Below are positions 1-7,800 of a stretch of DNA of 64,000 nucleotides, in pieces. The notes beneath the pieces are model-generated. The model did not search any database. It was given only the letters and a program-made list of their open reading frames with translations, and was not told the DNA's origin. Numbering within the stretch: the stretch's first letter is position 1; the number at the start of each line of letters is the position of its first letter. A program made the position numbers and the translations under genes. Source of the DNA: a virus; IMG/VR virus record IMGVR_UViG_3300027733_000039, positions 33,132 to 97,131 of that record. One strand, written 5' to 3'.

Positions 1-20
1 TGACCGATGCACCGTGAGGA

Positions 21-44
21 CATCACGAGGTTGCCCCCGTGATG
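21..44 (-). other. RNA hairpin (GCAA loop) just after the 52..270 stop; possible terminator or processing site
   Basis: Minus strand CATCACGGGG-GCAA-CCTCGTGATG, 10-bp stem with one G-U pair. Confidence 0.45.
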
Positions 45-51
45 CTCCCGA

Positions 52-270
52 TCACGCACTGTGATCAACTGAATGGTCGTACCCCTCGGGGTACCACGCA
101 TCACCGCAGGTCGCACAGGTGTAGCCATCGGGGTATCCGATGTCCCACGCTTCAGCGAACTCCAGTGCCTTACCTTCTCGTAAGGCTTCTGCTTGGTAGT
201 AGTCGGCGCACACAAGGCACACCAATTCTCTATCGTCCATCACTTGACCAATTACGACTATGTCCCTCAT
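52..270 (-). CDS. small Zn-ribbon-like hypothetical protein
   Basis: CLVC...CATC motifs; start overlaps the stop of 267..782. Confidence 0.65.
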   Translation of the reverse strand: MRDIVVIGQVMDDRELVCLVCADYYQAEALREGKALEFAEAWDIGYPDGYTCATCGDAWYPEGYDHSVDHSA

Positions 271-782
271 GATGCACTCACCTTGAACTTGGCAACGATC
301 GCCTCAAGTAGAGGCTCACCCTGTCGGGCAGTTGCCATGTCCACACCGAGCAGTGCCGAGACTTGCTCTACGAGCGAGTCGTAGTGCGCATCTCGGTCAC
401 GCTCTTCGGTGAACGATTCCATCATGCGAATCTGCTCCTCTTCAAGGAACTCATTGAGCGACATCGTGGTGTAAACACCAGCGATGTCCTGCGGACGCAG
501 TCGGTAGTTGAGACCACTGTTCACCTTCATTGATGGAAGGCGCTCAGGAATGATGTCACCGTTGTACTGCAATCCTTGTTGACGCCCACGATCTCTTGTG
601 ATCGTGCGACCTTTCAACTTGGTGACTTTGCGGGTCTTCGTAGATGAAGTCCTCCACGAGGTGCCCACCTCCACTTGCTCTTCAAGCACTTCGTCAATGA
701 TGAAGTACCCATTGAACTTGGCGCTCATGAAGACCGCTTCGGGACTGACACTCAGAATTGCTCTGATTTCATTTGCTTTCAT
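267..782 (-). CDS. hypothetical early protein
   Basis: 171 aa ORF with CCTGAGGAGGT RBS. Confidence 0.8.
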   Translation of the reverse strand: MKANEIRAILSVSPEAVFMSAKFNGYFIIDEVLEEQVEVGTSWRTSSTKTRKVTKLKGRTITRDRGRQQGLQYNGDIIPERLPSMKVNSGLNYRLRPQDIAGVYTTMSLNEFLEEEQIRMMESFTEERDRDAHYDSLVEQVSALLGVDMATARQGEPLLEAIVAKFKVSAS

Positions 783-787
783 GGTTG

Positions 788-880
788 ACCTCCTCAGGTC
801 TTATCGTCACGACACGGGATGTGTCGCTAGTCCCCAGTGCTCATTGAAGAGCCACGCCCTAGGCGCTGGGGGAATGATCA
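788..880 (-). ncRNA. structured leader element, copy 1 (three-way junction + hairpin + RBS)
   Basis: CCCCAG/CTGGGG, CGCC/GGCG, GCTC-TTCAAT-GAGC, CGACAC/GTGTCG; covaries with copy 2. Confidence 0.65.
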
Positions 881-1396
881 GCCGTATGTGACCTCACCGA
901 GCAGGATGAACTGCACGATGGCATCAGCCACGATGGCGTCACAATCGCACTCAAACTCGTCAATGGCATTCTCACCGAACAGGTAGCACCCTGCTAGAGC
1001 GCTCACTCGCTTGACTGGTAGTTGACCGTAGTCAGGCACGCTGTCCTGATTGAACTCACCCGTGCCGATCTTCTCAATGAAGTCAGCAATGATGGACTCA
1101 CTGATCACGAGTGGCGTGCCGAAGCGGTAGAACCCGCCCCAACCGTTGAAGCCATCGTCATCGGTCAACTTCGCCAATTCGGCTTCGTCTTCCACCAATT
1201 CACACGCTTCCATGTCGTACAGAGTGACCGATGCGAAGTGTTCGTTGCCGTCCAATTCGCTTTCGCCCAGTTCCGTGCCCCATGTGTAGGTGCTGTTGGC
1301 AACCGCCCACGATGCGATCCCGTAGGAACCGCCCTCGTACGCAGTGCTCAGGATGCTTGCCCCGAGATTGAGTAGTTGTTGTCTTGTTGCTTTCAT
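878..1396 (-). CDS. hypothetical acidic early protein
   Basis: 172 aa ORF with CCTGAGGAGG RBS. Confidence 0.8.
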   Translation of the reverse strand: MKATRQQLLNLGASILSTAYEGGSYGIASWAVANSTYTWGTELGESELDGNEHFASVTLYDMEACELVEDEAELAKLTDDDGFNGWGGFYRFGTPLVISESIIADFIEKIGTGEFNQDSVPDYGQLPVKRVSALAGCYLFGENAIDEFECDCDAIVADAIVQFILLGEVTYG

Positions 1397-1402
1397 GGTG
1401 TG

Positions 1403-1490
1403 CCTCCTCAGGCATATTCACGACACTTGCGTGTCGCTAGTCCCCAGTACCGATTGAACGGTCACGCCTGAAGCGCTGGGGGATTGATCA
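1403..1490 (-). ncRNA. structured leader element, copy 2
   Basis: CCCCAG/CTGGGG, CGCT/GGCG, ACCG-TTCAAT-CGGT, CGACAC-GCAA-GTGTCG. Confidence 0.65.
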
Positions 1491-1495
1491 CGCAC

Positions 1496-1732
1496 TCAGC
1501 CGATCGTGAGCAACGCTGACAGGTACGGCAACTTGACGCCCCTGTTGGCAAGTTCGCTTGCGCAGATCTCTGCGATTGCATCCTTGATGATCTCTGAGCG
1601 GGTGTTGAGACCGTCCGATTTCTTCAGAATGTGCAGGAGTTCTGCATCGCTAAGTGCCCGTACATCGGCGCTGTAGTGAGCGATGTATTGCTCTCGCTTG
1701 CGAATGTTTGCGGGTGTGTTCTTGTATGTCAT
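1496..1732 (-). CDS. hypothetical early protein
   Basis: 78 aa ORF with CCTGAGGAGG RBS. Confidence 0.75.
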   Translation of the reverse strand: MTYKNTPANIRKREQYIAHYSADVRALSDAELLHILKKSDGLNTRSEIIKDAIAEICASELANRGVKLPYLSALLTIG

Positions 1733-2020
1733 GGTGTGTCCTCCTCAGGACTGCACTGGCAGTGAGCCAGTGGAGCGTGGTGCGCTCAATCAGGACTGGA
1801 GCGGGGGAGAACCTCCAGCCCTCATTGAGCGCCACGAGCAAGCCGAAGCAAGCCCGTGACGCTGAGGAATTTATTGAACCATGTTTTGATTCTTCAGTTG
1901 TCAGGAGCGCATGAGCGCCAAGCCAAGCAATCGGCAGAACGACAAAGAGCGACCCGAAGGTCGCTTTCCGTGTGAGCCGATTGTCAAGGAACCTGCGAAG
2001 GAAGCGGTACCGCCTTCACA
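1733..2020 (-). ncRNA. ~290-nt multi-hairpin 5' leader of the early operon
   Basis: Six consecutive stems, two with C(UUCG)G loops, directly downstream of a TTGACA promoter. Confidence 0.55.
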
Positions 2021-2023
2021 AAT

Positions 2024-2053
2024 AGTCTTCCACATGGAGGGTACATCTGTCAA
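2024..2053 (-). promoter_or_regulatory. sigma70-type early promoter
   Basis: TTGACA-N18-AAGACT with TGTG just upstream of the -10. Confidence 0.55.
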
Positions 2054-2473
2054 TAGGCAATTGAATAATTCTTGAGAATCTTTTGAGCCATGCCCCATGG
2101 GCTGGAGCGGGCTGGGGGCTGGAATATGGCGCCCCAAGCGACAGCCATCCATCGGATGGAGGAGGAGATAGAGGCATTGGAGGGTAGATCAGGAGATGCC
2201 CTGAGAAGCGTCAGGATGCGCTGTGGTGCGATGTACAGCGATATGGAGCGATGGTGCAGTGGATAGCAATACAGGCGATTGTGGGGTACGTTGTACACCT
2301 ACCTATACCCCGCATCCCCTTACCCAGCAAGGGTTATAGCCCTATTCCTAAGCCACTTAGATGCCTCAGGATGCGTTTAAACGCTGAGAACGCCTCATTG
2401 TGCCAAAACGCCTCTGCGCCTCTTAGAACGGCTTAGGAAGCGAGGGCACATGGGTGGGCACCTTGTCAACTAT

Positions 2474-2537
2474 TGTGACGAATGTCACACGATTGTTACA
2501 CATGGTGTGACGAACGACACATGTGACGAACGACACA
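2474..2537. promoter_or_regulatory. three CRP/GlxR-like palindromes, two of them a 16-bp tandem repeat
   Basis: TGTGA-CGAATG-TCACA at 2474-2489; TGTGACGAACGACACA twice at 2506-2537. Confidence 0.55.
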
Positions 2538-2659
2538 TGGGGATAAGGCGCCCCTAACTATGTTCCACAGGATGTTCCACAGATATCCACAGGCATATAC
2601 ACAGGCACCTGTGGATAACCCAGCAAAGCCTTATGGGTGATGGCGAGGGCTGTGGATAA
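2538..2659. promoter_or_regulatory. DnaA-box cluster
   Basis: Perfect TGTGGATAA at 2610 and 2651; one-mismatch boxes at 2538, 2561, 2573, 2583, 2595. Confidence 0.7.
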
Positions 2660-2796
2660 CCCCCCATGGTTAAGTGAGGGCGAACGGGTGTTCGGGGGGT
2701 AGGCTCCACCTGGCACCCGAACGGCTCCACCCAAATAGCCCCATTCCAAAATCCGACCGACCACCCAACTCGCCCAAATAGCCCTATACTTGATTC

Positions 2797-3054
2797 ATGC
2801 AAGACAAGGTAAGTATTGACCAGTTCAGGAGTGTTCTCTATCGTCCTACTCCACGTCTCAATGCCAAGATTGTTGACTACGAATTGTCTATCCGTACCCC
2901 CCAGAACTCCACTCATCACTCCATCCCACGGGAAGAACTATCGGAAATGGCACAGAACGCCGTCAATCGCTACCGTTCAGAACGTGACGCTGGTCCCGAG
3001 GGTATTGCGGATAAAAAAGCGGGAATCATTAAGTCTGCTCTGCGTCGTAACTAA
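2797..3054 (+). CDS. hypothetical protein (leaderless)
   Basis: TATACT-N6-ATG; 85 aa. Confidence 0.7.
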   Translation: MQDKVSIDQFRSVLYRPTPRLNAKIVDYELSIRTPQNSTHHSIPREELSEMAQNAVNRYRSERDAGPEGIADKKAGIIKSALRRN

Positions 3055-3071
3055 CCATCTATACTAGATTC

Positions 3072-3788
3072 ATGGCACGATACTACCGAGGTAGCAACTT
3101 CAACAGACTCAAAGAAGACGGTGACAGGGTTAACTATGTCGCTATGAGTGACAAGTACCAGAATGGTAAAGAGTCAGAAAACGGAAGCATTAAAGACGAT
3201 TATGAGGGTGGCTACCCCGTTGCTCGTGTTAAATTAAGTTATGAGCAAGGCAAAGGAACCACCCCTAACTTTGACAATAGTGAATTTACTGAAAGAGTAT
3301 ATGGTGGACATTCTGAAGAGCACTACTACCGTACTCGTGGTTCTGGTAAAGCCCCAACGGAACTGTTCCATTCTGATCCTGATCGGGTAGTAGTTGACAG
3401 CGCTTACTCACACCCAGAGATGCGTAGGCATGTTCCACATTTACTAGCCATTGCCCAAATGGATAACCCAAGTATGAAACTGACAGCATCCGATGATCTA
3501 TCAGGGTACTCCAGTAGACTATCAAAAAATGCCGCTAAGAAGGGTTTAGTCCTCCCACACCCTAATAACCCAAAAATGCATGGGGATAAAGCGGATATAA
3601 GCGCTGATTCAGATGAATACCAGCGCAGAACAATGGTGTCCGACCGTGTCATGGATGAATCAACCCGTATCCCAGAGCATGCCATCTTGAACGGTAAACA
3701 GTTTCTACGTGAAGCACTCGGTCGTAAGCCGAGAACAGAGCAGATGAAAGCACCCAAATCCGAACAATTGACACTTCCAGGGATCTAA
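3072..3788 (+). CDS. hypothetical protein, paralog of 4584..5237, possibly a degenerate GNAT-like fold
   Basis: Shares MARY, TELF, ASDxLSxxSSxLS, GKQFL and SEQLxLPGI blocks; TATACT-N6-ATG. Confidence 0.75.
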   Translation: MARYYRGSNFNRLKEDGDRVNYVAMSDKYQNGKESENGSIKDDYEGGYPVARVKLSYEQGKGTTPNFDNSEFTERVYGGHSEEHYYRTRGSGKAPTELFHSDPDRVVVDSAYSHPEMRRHVPHLLAIAQMDNPSMKLTASDDLSGYSSRLSKNAAKKGLVLPHPNNPKMHGDKADISADSDEYQRRTMVSDRVMDESTRIPEHAILNGKQFLREALGRKPRTEQMKAPKSEQLTLPGI

Positions 3789-3821
3789 GTGGCAGAAGAC
3801 CACAAGGAATAACTAAGTCTT

Positions 3822-4160
3822 TTAACCTAGTTCTTTCATAGTTTTACGCCCAAATTGGGTAATTAGACACGTTCTTGCTGGTTTACCCCTACTAGAAGTC
3901 CGTTTTCCTACTTCTTGCACGTACCCACTCTTGACTAAAGTGGTGATGTACCGCCATGGACTAGACAGATCCAGTTCGGGGAACAATTCTTGGGCGATTG
4001 TATAAACTTCTTCGTCCAACTTTGGTTTATCTATGTCAAAGCGATACGTTTCTAACAGTTTCCAGTGTGGGGTGTCACGCTCAATAACCAAAAAGGCTTC
4101 TTGATCCATATGTTCTTTGGCATTGAAGTGATGTTGGCAGTGCGGGCAAGTGGTGAGCAT
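3822..4160 (-). CDS. Zn-ribbon + winged-HTH-like DNA-binding protein
   Basis: CPHC at N-terminus; PWRYITTLVKSGYVQEVGKR..GKPA..ITQFG wHTH-like; start uncertain. Confidence 0.6.
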   Translation of the reverse strand: MLTTCPHCQHHFNAKEHMDQEAFLVIERDTPHWKLLETYRFDIDKPKLDEEVYTIAQELFPELDLSSPWRYITTLVKSGYVQEVGKRTSSRGKPARTCLITQFGRKTMKELG

Positions 4161-4223
4161 ATGTACGAAGTGTAATAGCATATTTTTTCGGTGACAACCT
4201 GAAGAACAGTCTATAATTGACCG

Positions 4224-4580
4224 ATGGCTGCACACGAGAACTTAAGCGGGCAATTGTCCATGTTCATCCCTGCACGGGAACTAATGAACTACACCGCAGG
4301 GCATACCGAGGGGATCAACAAGGACTACCTTCCATTGTCTAAGTCTCCTGGAGTCATTAGAAAGAAGTTGCAAGAATCTAAGGAAAAGTCAGCGGCAGGT
4401 CAATACTTTGTAAAAAAAGGAAAAGATAGCCTTCATGACAGTATTAGAAAAGAAGGCGTTAAAAGCCCTGTAAATTTACGTATCCGTACAAATGACGTAC
4501 AAATCAACGACGGACACCACCGACTCGTGTCAGCACACGACATTGATCCAAATATGGAAGTACCAGTAAGGTATTCTTGA
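4224..4580 (+). CDS. stand-alone ParB/Srx-like domain protein
   Basis: SIRKEGVKSPV...INDGHHRL motif; TATAAT-N6-ATG. Confidence 0.75.
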   Translation: MAAHENLSGQLSMFIPARELMNYTAGHTEGINKDYLPLSKSPGVIRKKLQESKEKSAAGQYFVKKGKDSLHDSIRKEGVKSPVNLRIRTNDVQINDGHHRLVSAHDIDPNMEVPVRYS

Positions 4581-4583
4581 GAC

Positions 4584-5237
4584 ATGGCACGCTACTTTAA
4601 AGACTTGGGTAAAGGATACGCTCATGGAGGCAGTTTCCCTGGCTACAGCGTTCTAGCCGACACCCCAGATTCAGAAGGGTATGGCGGTACAACAGTACAT
4701 GCTATGGGTTATGTAAACATGCATCACGTACCAGCCAGCGAAACCCCTAACCGCTTTGAGCCAAAGTCAGAAGGTTCATTTGACGGCAATAAAACGGAGT
4801 TGTTTACTCACACCCCTGCGGAGTTAACTGTTAACACCATGTATGCAGACAAGCGTGTCCGCCCGCATATGATGACTTTGATGGCACTTGCCAAAATGGA
4901 TCATCCTGACGCTGAGATTGTGGCGAGCGATACACTCTCTCATTTTAGTAGCAAACTTTCACAAAATGCCCACAAACGGGGGTTAGTAAAAGCAAACTAT
5001 GATAATCCTGACATGCTTTCGTCAGGTGGTTCTCGTGATTCTCACAGTGTATACACAGGGACAGTAGCAGACGCTCGTAGAGCCACAGGGGCAGACACAT
5101 GGCAAGGCATTAAAGAAATACCACATTCTGAGGTCATGGCAGGTAAACAATTCCTCAAACAGATGTTGCGACCTGGCACTACGAGAAAACAAACTCCAAG
5201 AGTTGAGTCAGAGCAACTAAAACTTCCAGGAATTTAA
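4584..5237 (+). CDS. hypothetical protein, paralog of 3072..3788
   Basis: Shared motif blocks; ends SEQLKLPGI. Confidence 0.75.
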   Translation: MARYFKDLGKGYAHGGSFPGYSVLADTPDSEGYGGTTVHAMGYVNMHHVPASETPNRFEPKSEGSFDGNKTELFTHTPAELTVNTMYADKRVRPHMMTLMALAKMDHPDAEIVASDTLSHFSSKLSQNAHKRGLVKANYDNPDMLSSGGSRDSHSVYTGTVADARRATGADTWQGIKEIPHSEVMAGKQFLKQMLRPGTTRKQTPRVESEQLKLPGI

Positions 5238-5315
5238 AGATTCTTTAGTCAAACTCTTGACAAGCAGCACACCTATGTGCCAAACTGGTATTAGGGGATA
5301 CTGTACAATAAATGC

Positions 5316-5549
5316 ATGGGCATGCAGACACCTAGAAAAGAACCAGCGAAGCCGCTGACTCAGACCGCTAAAGAGCGCATTCATAACCAAGGGTACATCT
5401 CTACAACTGTAGATAATGCTCCATCGGGTCGCCTACCTCATATCGCAGCCTTCTTTCGGGCAGTTCACCCTGATCCAAACCATTGTGAAGATTGCAAGAA
5501 TCGCAATGAACTTGCGAACATGCTGGACAACCCAGGTTCCGAATACTAA
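5316..5549 (+). CDS. hypothetical protein
   Basis: TACAAT-N6-ATG; HxxxxHCxxC motif. Confidence 0.65.
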   Translation: MGMQTPRKEPAKPLTQTAKERIHNQGYISTTVDNAPSGRLPHIAAFFRAVHPDPNHCEDCKNRNELANMLDNPGSEY

Positions 5550-5561
5550 TTTAAGCCCTGT

Positions 5562-6182
5562 ATGGCTGCGCCACTTAACCAATATTTATTTGGGGACCAC
5601 TTCAAAGCCGTTCATGGCATGACTGTTGATGAAGCCCTCTCAGGCAAGGTTGCCAAAATAAATAGCACCTTGATGTCCGCAGAAGAGTACGACGATAATT
5701 GGAAAGGCACACGTATTGGTAAAGGAATGCGCCCTTTTGCGGAAAGTCATGCTGACTTGATACAACCAACTAACGTGGGTGAGACAGTACGTTCTTGGCA
5801 AAGAAGTCCAGGTAATATACTTGTTGGTGACTCCCATCGTGTTGCTGCTGTCTTACGAGACCTTACGCAGGCTGTGCGTACTACTAGTCGTGCAAATGAT
5901 GCCCCCCTATATCGGGGAGCAACTCGTGCCCCATCAGAGGATGTTGGTGCTTCTAGAGACACCGCCCTCTCTTTTACCTCAGATAGGCATGCTGCTCGCT
6001 CTTTTACCGCTTCACAGGGGCGTGGTCGTGGAGCAATCTTTAAAGCCGCCCCAGGTTTAGTTCGTGGAGTTCCTTTAGAGGAACTTGGTGGACGACCAAT
6101 GACAGTCGGTAAAAACAGACGACCTGAAGCAGAGTGGCTCATTGATCCACAATCTGTACCAACTGAATGGCCTAAGAAGTAA
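5562..6182 (+). CDS. putative ADP-ribosyltransferase (R-S-E type)
   Basis: LYRG...LSFTS...EAEWL, the order of the ART catalytic motifs. Confidence 0.6.
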   Translation: MAAPLNQYLFGDHFKAVHGMTVDEALSGKVAKINSTLMSAEEYDDNWKGTRIGKGMRPFAESHADLIQPTNVGETVRSWQRSPGNILVGDSHRVAAVLRDLTQAVRTTSRANDAPLYRGATRAPSEDVGASRDTALSFTSDRHAARSFTASQGRGRGAIFKAAPGLVRGVPLEELGGRPMTVGKNRRPEAEWLIDPQSVPTEWPKK

Positions 6183-6577
6183 TGGCTAAAAAGAAGCACG
6201 TCCTTAACGAAGATCAACTGGCTATGTTCATCCCTGCAAAAGACCTGATGGATGCCATCCCACTAGACCAACCCGCTTCAAGAAGGCCCCTTACATTACG
6301 GAATCTTCCTGATGTTACTTCTCGTAAAGTAAAAGAAGCAAAACGAGATGGTTTGTATAATGAAATTAAAAGTGAGGGCGTACAAACGCCTATCACCATA
6401 GGACAACATCCTCTGCGTGCTAGGTCTGGTCGTGTTTACGATTACTTCCCAGGAGCAAACTACAAAGGGCCTGTTATTGAGGACGGTCATCATCGCATCT
6501 CTGTAGCAAACAGTATTGACCCAAAAATGGAGATTCCAGTAAAGTACGCCGCACCCAACGATGATCTTTCTGATTAG
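6182..6577 (+). CDS. stand-alone ParB/Srx-like domain protein, paralog of 4224..4580
   Basis: QLxMFIPA N-terminus, EGVQTPI, IEDGHHRI, IDPxMExPV. Confidence 0.75.
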   Translation: MAKKKHVLNEDQLAMFIPAKDLMDAIPLDQPASRRPLTLRNLPDVTSRKVKEAKRDGLYNEIKSEGVQTPITIGQHPLRARSGRVYDYFPGANYKGPVIEDGHHRISVANSIDPKMEIPVKYAAPNDDLSD

Positions 6578-6586
6578 AATGGCACA

Positions 6587-6760
6587 ATGCCTACGTATCA
6601 ATACAAGTGCCCCAATGGACACATACATGAAGAAGAGCGCAGTATCCGAGAAGCACAGAGCGTAGAGCACTGTCTAGAGTGTCACGAGCCTCTCAAGCCC
6701 GTGTACTACGCCCCAGCCGTCAATCTCGTCGGTCGTGGTTTTTATTCCAACGGAGGGTGA
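6587..6760 (+). CDS. FmdB-family Zn-ribbon protein (not in ORF track)
   Basis: MPTYQYKCPNGH...CLEC...GRGFYSN; TAGAAT-N6-ATG. Confidence 0.8.
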   Translation: MPTYQYKCPNGHIHEEERSIREAQSVEHCLECHEPLKPVYYAPAVNLVGRGFYSNGG

Positions 6761-6763
6761 TTC

Positions 6764-6958
6764 ATGACTAAATCGGTTATACTTAAAAGTTCTATGGTCT
6801 ACCTACTTATCACCGCCATCATCATTGCTGTACGTTACTTTCATAAGGCTCTTATGAACGCCGTTGAAGAGCATGGTCATGCGCCTGTAGAGAAGACGTA
6901 CCGAGGGTACATGTTTGACGTTCATCATGACTTTAAACGTCGTGAGCATATTAAATAA
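6764..6958 (+). CDS. small membrane protein
   Basis: One hydrophobic segment; alternative start at ATG 6794. Confidence 0.5.
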   Translation: MTKSVILKSSMVYLLITAIIIAVRYFHKALMNAVEEHGHAPVEKTYRGYMFDVHHDFKRREHIK

Positions 6959-6975
6959 TCATCTATAATCTGTAG

Positions 6976-7248
6976 GTGCAAAAACTAAATCAAATCCTAC
7001 TTCGTATCCTTGCAGCCTTTGCAGCGTCAGGTCTTGGCGTTATTGGAGCAGGCACCCTCGCAGGCGTGCAACTTTGGAAAGCCATGCTTATGGCAGGTGT
7101 TGCTGCGGTAGCCACCGTTGTAGAACGGCTTGCTCGTCTATACCTAGAAGATGGCAATCTTTCTGCTAAAGACATTGATGTTGCTTTTGGAGTAGCGGCT
7201 AAAGAAGAAACTCCAGCAAAGTTACCTGTTTCTGCAAAGAAACGCTAA
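6976..7248 (+). CDS. two-TM membrane protein (holin-like)
   Basis: Two hydrophobic helices and a basic tail; TATAAT-N6-GTG. Confidence 0.65.
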   Translation: MQKLNQILLRILAAFAASGLGVIGAGTLAGVQLWKAMLMAGVAAVATVVERLARLYLEDGNLSAKDIDVAFGVAAKEETPAKLPVSAKKR

Positions 7249-7800
7249 CTGCCAGTAATACTTGCCTACAACAGGCCATTCAATCTGGTTCTTTTCGTCA
7301 AACCATGATTTACCTTCTGGATCATTAGGTATTGCATCAAACACATTAGTAAGGTTCTTGAAGTCCAAAGAGTTCAGTAACTTCTCAACTCTTGTTTCAT
7401 GGCAGTTCCAATGATGATGTGCACCATCCCACCATTCCAAACCAGGAACATGGGTGCTAGGAACATCTAGGTGTTCCATAACTGACTCCACCATCCACCA
7501 TGGCTCTTGTCCTTCTTTCCATCGCTTAATAGTTTTATGAACGTCTGGTCCAACAACAAGCATTGGTGCATTTGGTTTAGCAATACGTTGCATGTCTTTA
7601 AGGAATGTAGATACTTCTAGCCATGGAATGTGCTCCAAGACATGACCCATGTATATGGCATCAAATGTATTGTCTTCAAAAGGGTACGGTTGACCAGGAG
7701 TTACCTTGACATCTGGTTTAGTGTCATCTGTTTCCCACGTGTCTGCGTTTACCCAACCTTGTGCGTAGTGTGTTCCACAACCAACATTTAAAAGTTTCAT
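7222..7800 (-). CDS. class I SAM-dependent methyltransferase (type 11-like)
   Basis: LNVGCG motif I; PFEDNTFDAIYMGHVLEH. Confidence 0.85.
   Translation of the reverse strand: MKLLNVGCGTHYAQGWVNADTWETDDTKPDVKVTPGQPYPFEDNTFDAIYMGHVLEHIPWLEVSTFLKDMQRIAKPNAPMLVVGPDVHKTIKRWKEGQEPWWMVESVMEHLDVPSTHVPGLEWWDGAHHHWNCHETRVEKLLNSLDFKNLTNVFDAIPNDPEGKSWFDEKNQIEWPVVGKYYWQLAFLCRNR

Noticed and set aside
788-1490. tRNA genes suggested by the TTCAAT loops
   Set aside because: No D-arm, anticodon arm or CCA end; kept only as a tRNA-like motif hypothesis.
2474-2659. CRISPR array
   Set aside because: Repeats are 9-16 bp and abut without unique spacers; no cas genes seen.
1901-2919. ORFs in the 1.9-2.8 kb interval (e.g. 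1901..2152, 2050..2298, 2554..2919)
   Set aside because: No RBS or recognisable motifs, and they overlap promoter, palindrome and DnaA-box sequences; treated as non-coding.
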